43,086 bases of DNA from a virus. Its lineage: Duplodnaviria > Caudoviricetes. Positions within the stretch are counted from its first letter, which is position 1. Every line of letters begins with the position of its first letter. The DNA lies in IMG/VR virus record IMGVR_UViG_3300046710_000040, positions 1 through 43,086 of that record; one strand, written 5' to 3'. Below are positions 36,620 through 43,086 of the stretch, one piece after another. Below the pieces are notes generated by a model. The model did not search any database and was not told the DNA's origin. It saw only the letters and a list, made by a program, of their open reading frames with translations. The translations under genes were made by a program, and so were the position numbers.

Positions 36620-36874
36620 TTATCTCCTTTGGTTTAGTTTCAGCCATAGCATCATGGCGAAGTTTGCAACGTCAACGAGCGCCTTTTGTGGCACATTGTG
36701 TCCGAGTGTTACTATCTGTGCCGCCTTAGTCAGCAGCTTGCCAGGGATGTCATAATTCTGGAAACCTCCGCAGTCCCAGCCGTGGAAGCCCTGTTTATGT
36801 TTCTGAATCATTCTGGCTTTCATTGCATCTGCGAACCTGTCAACAGCATTGCAGTAGTCGGCTTTTTCTGACAT
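36620..36874 (-). CDS. Conserved hypothetical phage protein (cassette 8)
   Basis: VDRFADAMKARM...GW...VDVANFAMMLW. Confidence 0.7.
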   Translation of the reverse strand: MSEKADYCNAVDRFADAMKARMIQKHKQGFHGWDCGGFQNYDIPGKLLTKAAQIVTLGHNVPQKALVDVANFAMMLWLKLNQRR

Positions 36875-36891
36875 GGCACCCACCTTTCGTA

Positions 36892-36950
36892 ATCTAACAA
36901 CGCCTCGCAGCGGGCGATAAGGCCCGCCGCTGAAGTCGCAGCCGTTATAC
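36892..36950 (+). other. attC-like site B2
   Basis: ATCTAAC-AACGC-CTCGCAGCGG...CCGCTGAAG-TCGCAGCC-GTTATAC. Confidence 0.85.
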
Positions 36951-37250
36951 AGCTATGCAGCCTTTCTGCCGAATTGAATCAATCATCCATTCGTACCCAT
37001 AGAATCCCTTGGTTGCCCTTCTGATCTTTGCAGCCTCTTTCCCGTCAACGGGGCGAACGGACACAGAAGCGCCCCATCCATCGCCGAAATTGTAGTAGTA
37101 GCTCTTTGCACTCAAAATTTCTTGTGCCTTCGCTTCGTTCGCCTTTCCCTTGCCAAAGTCAACGATTTTGGCATATAGGTTGTTCGCTCCTGTCCATTTT
37201 CCGTCCCAAGATCCTGCGTTTGGCATCGAAAGTTCAAAACATACTTTCAT
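36945..37250 (-). CDS. Conserved hypothetical phage protein (cassette 9)
   Basis: FELSMPNAGSWDGKW...FGDGWGASV...GFYGYEWMIDSI; AGGAGG RBS; TAA stop in R'. Confidence 0.75.
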   Translation of the reverse strand: MKVCFELSMPNAGSWDGKWTGANNLYAKIVDFGKGKANEAKAQEILSAKSYYYNFGDGWGASVSVRPVDGKEAAKIRRATKGFYGYEWMIDSIRQKGCIAV

Positions 37251-37268
37251 CACTATCCTCCTTACGCT

Positions 37269-37331
37269 GTATAACCAACGCATAGACGCTGGTTTTGCTA
37301 CGCTTCACAGGTCATGCTTGACCCGTTATCT
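37269..37331 (+). other. attC-like site B3
   Basis: GTATAAC-CAAC-GCATAGACGCTG...CAGGTCATGC-TTGACCC-GTTATCT; two extra bases in the left arm. Confidence 0.9.
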
Positions 37332-37515
37332 ACCACCCGACCAACCGCCATTGTGTGTCGGTCAGACCATCGTGATAGTGTTGTAGCAGATACCCTCTGC
37401 CAAGGTCAGGGCAATCGACTTTGAGTTGCCCGTTTTGCCTGTAAATTTCCACCGGAGTCCATTCACCATCTGTTTCACCGCAGGAGACTTCATATTTTCC
37501 GGGTTTTGTTGGCAT
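37330..37515 (-). CDS. Small hypothetical protein (cassette 10)
   Basis: MPTKPGKYEV...; stop abuts R'. Confidence 0.6.
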   Translation of the reverse strand: MPTKPGKYEVSCGETDGEWTPVEIYRQNGQLKVDCPDLGRGYLLQHYHDGLTDTQWRLVGW

Positions 37516-37607
37516 AAATTACCTAAAGTTCTGCAGGAGTTGAAAGCCGCTATCCATGCGGGTTGACGTGCCATTAACGGTGGAAATTGCGTGATTTCTG
37601 CAGGAGC

Positions 37608-37656
37608 AGATAACCATCTTATTCGACCGGGCAAGCCGGTCAAACGGTCGTTATGC
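37608..37656 (+). other. attC-like site B4 (49 bp)
   Basis: AGATAAC-CATCT-TATTCGACCGG-GCAAG-CCGGTCAAA-CGGTC-GTTATGC. Confidence 0.75.
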
Positions 37657-38124
37657 CTTAATACCAAGAGACTCTTTCAGCCGAGTCACAGCCATATCCA
37701 TGTTTTGCTTGATAACCTGCTGAGTCACCAGTGAAGTGAAGTCAGCTTTGAACTTTGCTACCTCTTTTTGCACAACCTCCGTCACAACAGATGTAAACGA
37801 GTTTCTATCGCTGGAGTAATTGGCCTGCTTGAATGTGCATTGTGCCTGCACAAAGCCTGCAATTCTCTCGCGGATACTCGCCTCTTTGCCGCTCCGACCG
37901 TAAGCATCTGTATCGGTAAACTTGGTATCCATCGTCATAGTTATTGCATCCTTTGTCACCTGAGTAACGACTTCAACCAAGTTCTTCTCAAGCATCTCTG
38001 TCAATGCCGCTTTTGCCTGAGTTCGCATTGAAGTTAAGAGTGCTTGCGATACCTGCTCAATAACCTCGTCGCGGATTGTTGTTTCATCTCCAAGAATATC
38101 AGCGGTGTTAATAGTGATCTGCAT
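37651..38124 (-). CDS. Helical hypothetical protein (cassette 11)
   Basis: AGGAGG RBS before MQITINT; TAA stop in R'. Confidence 0.7.
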   Translation of the reverse strand: MQITINTADILGDETTIRDEVIEQVSQALLTSMRTQAKAALTEMLEKNLVEVVTQVTKDAITMTMDTKFTDTDAYGRSGKEASIRERIAGFVQAQCTFKQANYSSDRNSFTSVVTEVVQKEVAKFKADFTSLVTQQVIKQNMDMAVTRLKESLGIKA

Positions 38125-38156
38125 TTGCATCCTCCTTTGATTTTGGCAACGAACTG

Positions 38157-38217
38157 GCATAACCAGCACGCTGCACTCTGTTGTCGCTTCGCTCCACAGG
38201 TGAGCTTAGCGTTATAT
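38157..38217 (+). other. attC-like site B5
   Basis: GCATAAC-CAGCAC-GCTGCACTCTG...CAGGTGAGC-TTAGC-GTTATAT; two extra bases in the left arm. Confidence 0.9.
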
Positions 38218-38219
38218 TA

Positions 38220-38468
38220 CTAAACTAACTTTGCTAGTGTTTGACTGCAAATAGACCATTCTTCGTCGAGTTCGAGTTCCTTGGCGTACATTCGGTTTTC
38301 GCGAATAGCCTGTATTTTTGTAAGAGCATCGATTGCAATTTCTATCTGCTTGAGTCTTGCATTGTGCTCGTTTTGAGCGTGGCAAATATCGGAGTACAAA
38401 ACATATTTGCCAGTATCATCTTGGCACATTTCGCCTTCGTCTAAATCATGTCTCAGCATTTGTCCCAC
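38220..38468 (-). CDS. Hypothetical protein (cassette 12)
   Basis: Coupled ORF with MCQDDTGKYVLYSD motif. Confidence 0.55.
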   Translation of the reverse strand: MGQMLRHDLDEGEMCQDDTGKYVLYSDICHAQNEHNARLKQIEIAIDALTKIQAIRENRMYAKELELDEEWSICSQTLAKLV

Positions 38469-38692
38469 TCCTTGTTGAATGCGTAAATTGCCAGTCGTGG
38501 AGTATCACCAAATCCGGCAATGCCGACTTGCAAATTTTCACCGTAGAGGACACACCATTGATTGCCATCCTTGGAAAGCGTAGGTTTAAGCATAGCAAAA
38601 AGATTCATCTCTTCTGATTCAATCGCCGCACTTAATCTGCTTTGTCCCACCTTATCAGCCCACATTTGCTCACGTTCTGATGTTGTATCCAT
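38453..38692 (-). CDS. Conserved hypothetical phage protein (cassette 12)
   Basis: KDGNQWCVLYGENLQVGIAGFGDTP. Confidence 0.7.
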   Translation of the reverse strand: MDTTSEREQMWADKVGQSRLSAAIESEEMNLFAMLKPTLSKDGNQWCVLYGENLQVGIAGFGDTPRLAIYAFNKEWDKC

Positions 38693-38717
38693 ATCTCCCC
38701 CTTTTTATTTATCTCAT

Positions 38718-38987
38718 CTACGGTCTCACCGAATCCACGTACTCCATGATCTCTGTGGCAGCGTCATAGACTGTTCCTGGTACAAGATAGGTGTCTTCGT
38801 CAAGTACCCAAGGGCAAACGAGGTCACATAGTTTAGCCAGCCGCCCAAGAGATTCGGCATACTGTTTTTCCAAAGACAGCCATTCTTCCTGAGTTTGAGG
38901 TTGTGATTGCGGCGGTATCGTGTCAAAGGTTTTCCCGCATTTGGTACATTCCTTCACCCCGACCAGTTCATGTTTGCAATTTTCCAC
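38718..38987 (-). CDS. Hypothetical protein (cassette 12)
   Basis: AAGGAG RBS, GTG start, CKH...CTKCG. Confidence 0.55.
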   Translation of the reverse strand: MENCKHELVGVKECTKCGKTFDTIPPQSQPQTQEEWLSLEKQYAESLGRLAKLCDLVCPWVLDEDTYLVPGTVYDAATEIMEYVDSVRP

Positions 38988-39018
38988 GATGTTCTCCTTG
39001 TTGTTGCAGTCCTACGAA

Positions 39019-39074
39019 ATATAACCAAACGCTCGAAGCGGATGCTTCGCACCGTTCAGCTAAAGCCGTTATTT
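39019..39074 (+). other. attC-like site B6 (last site)
   Basis: ATATAAC-CAAAC-GCTCGAAGCGG...CCGTTCAGC-TAAAGCC-GTTATTT; extra C at position 4 of L'' as in canonical attC. Confidence 0.9.
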
Positions 39075-39335
39075 GTTCCGAACCGTGTCTTTAAACAGAA
39101 ACGCCCGCGCCCTGTCTTCCGTCGCTTCACGATCCATCCGGTCCTTCATCTGTTGCCTGACGTTCGCCTGATCCTGGTTGACGGCCTGAGCCGCTTCCAT
39201 GTCGGACTTTCCGACAAAGCCCAGGACCAGGACAAACAGCGCAAACAGTATGCAACAATACACGACTTGCCCCTTCGTCATTCGTTTGCAGTTCATAGCT
39301 TCCCCCCCGTTCAGGTAATGTCGCCGGTTTTGCAC
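39069..39335 (-). CDS. Small membrane protein
   Basis: One TM segment; TAA stop in the R' box of B6; true start probably MNCKR. Confidence 0.6.
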   Translation of the reverse strand: MQNRRHYLNGGEAMNCKRMTKGQVVYCCILFALFVLVLGFVGKSDMEAAQAVNQDQANVRQQMKDRMDREATEDRARAFLFKDTVRNK

Positions 39336-39508
39336 TTCAGCTTTTTCGCAAGAGCTTCACCAATACGCAGATTGATATTGACGCTCTTTCCAGCAAACAA
39401 CTGAGTAATGCGACGTTCAGACGCATACCCGGCAGCTTGTGCAAGATCCATAAGCGACACTTCGGAATTCATAAAACAAGCCTTCAATTTATCTGGATCA
39501 ATTTTCAT
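39311..39508 (-). CDS. Cro-like HTH regulator, first gene of the leftward arm
   Basis: 65 aa; SLMDLAQAAGYASERRITQL...ALAKKLKCKTGDI; AGGAGG RBS. Confidence 0.7.
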   Translation of the reverse strand: MKIDPDKLKACFMNSEVSLMDLAQAAGYASERRITQLFAGKSVNINLRIGEALAKKLKCKTGDIT

Positions 39509-39660
39509 TGTGTTACCTCCTTTCTAAAGATGATTGACTTCTATCAAAACAAAATATTTCTGTCAAGCGAAAAATTACATGAAAAATTTACTTGACAATA
39601 TTTCCGAGTATTGATAAACGTTGACCATCATTTATTTCGATCACGAAAAGGAGAAGCGTT
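39509..39660. promoter_or_regulatory. Divergent early promoter region
   Basis: AT-rich; back-to-back TTGACA hexamers (minus strand 39561-39566, plus strand 39592-39597) at the strand switch. Confidence 0.7.
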
Positions 39661-39999
39661 ATGTCGAAAGAAGTAGCATTTGAACTGGAAGGCGAAGAGG
39701 AATTTTTGATTGACGTTGATTATTACTATTACTTCCGAGCCGCAAGATTAAGCGGCCCCCCCGAAGAATTAGAAAGCGAAATTACCCTTCCCGCTGATAT
39801 TGCTGAAAGAGTGAAGCGGTTCGCCCTTGATGTTATGGTTCCACGGTGGATCAAATCAATAGAAACCCAGGTTCAAAATATGGATTTTGATAATAAGCCC
39901 GCCCAATGGTCCGAAGAAGACCGTGAAGCCGCTGAAGAATCCAGAGCTTCAGACCGTTACGACGATTTACAGTACGAAAAACTATATGGAGGGGAATAA
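39661..39999 (+). CDS. Acidic hypothetical protein
   Basis: AAGGAG RBS; first rightward gene. Confidence 0.65.
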   Translation: MSKEVAFELEGEEEFLIDVDYYYYFRAARLSGPPEELESEITLPADIAERVKRFALDVMVPRWIKSIETQVQNMDFDNKPAQWSEEDREAAEESRASDRYDDLQYEKLYGGE

Positions 40000-40209
40000 A
40001 TGGCATTTTTATCGAAGCGCCGTCTTCCCCTCCTGAATACCGTCATGAGAATCGGAAGGATCACGAACGAAAGAGCCTCACAGGTTTCCGGCATTTCAGT
40101 CCGCACAATATCAGAAGCCCGCCGCAAGGACGGCAAACCTATCAGGTCCGACTTTGCGGGACACATTGAACAGGCAATATATAAAATCGTGAAAGGAGCC
40201 ACGTCATGA
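40000..40209 (+). CDS. Small basic HTH-like protein
   Basis: ITNERASQVSGISVRTISEARR. Confidence 0.55.
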   Translation: MAFLSKRRLPLLNTVMRIGRITNERASQVSGISVRTISEARRKDGKPIRSDFAGHIEQAIYKIVKGATS

Positions 40210-40270
40210 AAAGAACATCCGAACAGATTGAAAAAGAATGGCAAGAAATCATGGCAATATGGGGGGCAAA

Positions 40271-41140
40271 ATGAATCTTTCCCCAGGAATTTACCAGAAT
40301 ATCAGCTTTGAAGATTATAACGCACTTCCGCACATCCGGAACAGTTATTTGAAGAAACTGATCCAGTGTCCTGCCGCCGCGCAGATCAAAGAAGACAAGG
40401 ACACGCCAGCCCTGGCAATCGGCCGCGCTGGTCATTGCTTCATACTTGAAGGGGATAACGCCTTTCATTCGGATTTTTGCGTACTCCCATCAGACGCGCC
40501 GAAGAAACCGACAGACAGACAGATTTTTGCCGCAAAACCTTCGCCTGAAACCGTTCACGCTGTTGCATACTGGAACATGTTTGCCGCGCAATCAAAAGGG
40601 AAACAGATTGTCACACTGGAAGATTACAACACGCTTGCCGGCATGAAGGAATCAATCAAGAATCATCCGTTCGCCAGCCTCTTACTTGCCGATTGCCAGA
40701 GTGAACAGACCGTTATTTTCAATTACACCACGGCCAACGGTACGGTGATACCTTGTAAGGCGCGACCAGACAGCACACCGAGCCCTAAACTACGTTGTCT
40801 GATTGACCTGAAGACCACTGAGGATCCGGGCTATGATGCTTTCATGCGGTCGTGCTACAAATACAATTATTGGCAACAAAGCGCATTTTATTTAGACGCC
40901 TATAATGCCGTCAGAGGCGACCTTCCTGAAGTGGATGCTTTTTGTTTTATAGTTGTCAGCAAGAAACCACCCTATCAGGTCGAATGTTATACTGTTATGG
41001 GTGACAATAACCTGCTTATCAGGGGACGCGCTTCTTATCAGTCAGCGTTAGAGATTGAAGCGGAGTGTAGATTTAACAACCATTGGCCAGCATATTTGAA
41101 CGCGGGCGCTCAAGAATTGATTTCATTCTCTGACAGGTAA
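40271..41140 (+). CDS. RecE/Exo VIII-like PD-(D/E)XK nuclease (DUF3799)
   Basis: PGIYQNISFEDY, GRAGHCFILE, CKARPD, IDLKTT, YWQQSAFY. Confidence 0.85.
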   Translation: MNLSPGIYQNISFEDYNALPHIRNSYLKKLIQCPAAAQIKEDKDTPALAIGRAGHCFILEGDNAFHSDFCVLPSDAPKKPTDRQIFAAKPSPETVHAVAYWNMFAAQSKGKQIVTLEDYNTLAGMKESIKNHPFASLLLADCQSEQTVIFNYTTANGTVIPCKARPDSTPSPKLRCLIDLKTTEDPGYDAFMRSCYKYNYWQQSAFYLDAYNAVRGDLPEVDAFCFIVVSKKPPYQVECYTVMGDNNLLIRGRASYQSALEIEAECRFNNHWPAYLNAGAQELISFSDR

Positions 41141-41214
41141 ATTATATGTTGACTTGACGCACTATGGGGCATATGATACGCATACGTTTATCAAATTCCC
41201 ATAGGAGTGATACC

Positions 41215-41370
41215 ATGCAAAGACGAAGTTTTTCACTGAGCCCCAGGCACGATAAGATTTTGACCACGCTTTCCAACAAGCTTGACGTTTCAATGGTTGA
41301 AACAATCCAGAGAGCCCTTGAAACCCTTGAAGAGAAAGAAGCCCACAGGGATAAGGAGATACGGCCATGA
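41215..41370 (+). CDS. Ribbon-helix-helix (CopG-like) protein with its own promoter
   Basis: MQRRSFSLSPRHDKILTTLSNKLDVSMVETIQRALE; TTGACT-17-TATGAT at 41149-41177. Confidence 0.65.
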   Translation: MQRRSFSLSPRHDKILTTLSNKLDVSMVETIQRALETLEEKEAHRDKEIRP

Positions 41371-41558
41371 TCGGTCAAAGGGCCGGAACAGTTGGTGAAA
41401 TATGGCAAGCTTCAGAAATTGCAAGTGTGCCAACAGTAATGACCTTTGGAAAGCATAAAGGAACAGCGATCAAAGATGTACCAGCTGATTATAAAAGTTG
41501 GCTGTTAAAACAGACAGACATTGACCCGTATCTTATAAAAGCGCTCAAAGGAGAATAA
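41367..41558 (+). CDS. Fragment resembling the C-terminus of ExoX-like 3'-5' exonucleases
   Basis: VPTVMTFGKHKGTAIKDVPADYKSWLLKQ; no DEDDh domain. Confidence 0.6.
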   Translation: MIGQRAGTVGEIWQASEIASVPTVMTFGKHKGTAIKDVPADYKSWLLKQTDIDPYLIKALKGE

Positions 41559-41561
41559 ATC

Positions 41562-42443
41562 ATGAGAGAAAAGCCCGAACGCCCGAAGTATGAAGTCGCA
41601 GTTATCAATGCAAAGCCGATGTTTCTTCAGATCGATCAGGGGGATGAATCCCGCTGGAATAAGGAGCTTGTCTTTGCCCTGCAAATCGTCAGGGGGAATG
41701 ACCTTCTTCAGAAGTGCCTTCCCGAATCTATCATGAATGCCATCGTCAATATCGCCACAATTGACGTGTCCCTGAATCCGGCGCTTGCCCTTGCCTACCT
41801 TGTACCGCGCGACGGAAAATGCGTCCTCGATATAAGCTACCGAGGATTGATAAAAATCGGGACTGATTCAGGCTCCATCCGATCCATTCAGTCGAACGTG
41901 GTCTATTCCTTTGATGAATTTGACTATTCCGAAGGGACAGAGCTTTTCGTGAAGCACAAGCGGAGCATGGCCCCACCTGAAGACTTTTTAAAAGATCCTC
42001 TTGGAAACTTCTGGAAGTACTTTGTCTGTGCCTATTCCGTTGCAACGCTCCATGACGGAAGCAAAGATTACATGATCATGCCGAAATACAAGATTGAGAA
42101 GATCAGAAATACCAGCAAGATCAAAAGCGAGAAGGGACCGTGGGGGCAATGGCCGGAAGAAATGAGTCGAAAGACGGTTATCAAGTATCACTACAAAACC
42201 TTGCCACAATCCGAAAAATTAGGTCAGGCGGTTGCCATTCTGAATGACAATGACGGCATAGACTTTGACCAGCAGAAGAAGGACGCCAAGAAGTCAAACC
42301 TGATGGACCGTTTCACCGCGGACACCGGAGAGCATGGAGAAGTTATTGACGTTGAAACGGAAGAAATCGCCCCTTGTGAGTTCTGCGACAACAGCAAAGG
42401 GGAACATGGTGACGCTTGCCCGAACCACCCTGACAACCGATAG
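41562..42443 (+). CDS. recT: RecT-family single-strand annealing protein
   Basis: AYLVPRDG...ISYRGLIKI...GPWGQWPEEMSRKTVIK. Confidence 0.9.
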   Translation: MREKPERPKYEVAVINAKPMFLQIDQGDESRWNKELVFALQIVRGNDLLQKCLPESIMNAIVNIATIDVSLNPALALAYLVPRDGKCVLDISYRGLIKIGTDSGSIRSIQSNVVYSFDEFDYSEGTELFVKHKRSMAPPEDFLKDPLGNFWKYFVCAYSVATLHDGSKDYMIMPKYKIEKIRNTSKIKSEKGPWGQWPEEMSRKTVIKYHYKTLPQSEKLGQAVAILNDNDGIDFDQQKKDAKKSNLMDRFTADTGEHGEVIDVETEEIAPCEFCDNSKGEHGDACPNHPDNR

Positions 42444-42472
42444 CAACAACCCAATAAAAAGGAGAATGACCA

Positions 42473-42841
42473 ATGGAAAAAGAAACCACAGTTTCAATCA
42501 ATGGCGGTCCAGAAGTCACGATGGACGTTCTACGTGAAGCACTGGACAAAGTCGTTGGCAATGCCGCCGCTGATCAGTTCCCAAACCTGAAGGTGTTTTT
42601 TGCCGAACTTGACCGCCGTGAAGAGGAAATAACAGCCATCCGTGAAGAAATGAACGCCGTTTTCGATTCGTATTGTTCACATACCGGTACAAATAAGGAA
42701 GCACTGAAACTCGGTTACAAGCTCTATGAGGGTATCAATAAGGACAAACACAAGGCTGAAGTCATGCAATTTGAGTATGACAAGCTTGCTTCGTTATTGA
42801 TTCCTGAAACAGATACGTGGAAACAGGAGCCATTACTATGA
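42473..42841 (+). CDS. Coiled-coil protein, possibly DUF2312/GapR-like
   Basis: LKVFFAELDRREEEITAIREEMNAVF. Confidence 0.45.
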   Translation: MEKETTVSINGGPEVTMDVLREALDKVVGNAAADQFPNLKVFFAELDRREEEITAIREEMNAVFDSYCSHTGTNKEALKLGYKLYEGINKDKHKAEVMQFEYDKLASLLIPETDTWKQEPLL

Positions 42842-43086
42842 GCCTTGAACTGAGATTCTTCGTCCCTGGTGTTCCTGTTCCGAAAGGTTCCGCGAAAGCC
42901 TTCGTTGTCAAAGGCCGCGCCGTAGTCTGTCAGGATAACGCCGCCAAGCAAAAGCCGTGGGCTTCTTCAATCGGTTACACGGCCATGCAGGAAATGAAGT
43001 TTCAGAAGCCTATCCCTTCAGCCGTAGCAATCGCCCTGACGTTTATCATGCCACGACCCAAGTCACACTATGGTACAGACAAGAAC
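42838..43086 (+). CDS. rusA: RusA resolvase, 5' part (continues to 331)
   Basis: ATGA overlap; MSLELRFFVPGVPVPKGSAKAF; open through the junction. Confidence 0.85.
   Translation, partial: MSLELRFFVPGVPVPKGSAKAFVVKGRAVVCQDNAAKQKPWASSIGYTAMQEMKFQKPIPSAVAIALTFIMPRPKSHYGTDKN
42960..43086. repeat. Terminal direct repeat (copy 2)
   Basis: Identical to 1-127. Confidence 0.95.

Noticed and set aside
30546-38169. ORF-track starts at 30569, 31838, 37283 and 38169
   Set aside because: They extend into attC hairpins. Downstream starts with clear RBSs (30545, 31790, 37250, 38124) fit the cassette boundaries.
25847-39074. Intergenic hairpins read as rho-independent terminators, REP elements or a CRISPR array
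   Set aside because: They lack U-tracts, differ in sequence, have gene-sized spacing, and carry conserved TAAC/GTTA boxes with asymmetric bulges and cross-cassette complementarity. No cas genes are present.
39311-40209. Lambda-type lysogeny switch
   Set aside because: Divergent promoters and small HTH genes exist, but there is no CI-like repressor with a peptidase domain, no integrase and no partition genes.

Overview
This window is an apparently complete circular genome of a tailed dsDNA phage (about 42,959 bp; bases 1-127 repeat exactly at 42960-43086) with P22-like podovirus structural genes. One long minus-strand arm runs from a Cro-like HTH gene (39.5 kb) through accessory genes, replication (initiator, DnaB), terminase, portal, capsid, tail, ejection proteins and tailspikes to lysis. 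A short plus-strand arm carries RecE-like, RecT and RusA genes. I find no integrase and no CI-type repressor. The main finding is two integron-like cassette arrays (25.85-32.26 kb and 36.10-39.07 kb). They contain 13 intact attC-like hairpins, 1 degenerate one and 2 half-sites, which delimit 12 gene cassettes. The two ends of most cassettes are complementary to each other, the signature expected of IntI-type insertion. Every cassette ORF lies antisense to the attC top strand, several stop codons fall inside the R' box, and no intI or attI is visible. One cassette gene is interrupted by an ISL3 element that carries a PAPS-reductase-family passenger gene (8-bp target duplication). Three consecutive tailspike/fibre genes start with signal-peptide-like sequences. 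All family calls come from motif recognition by eye, with no database search.
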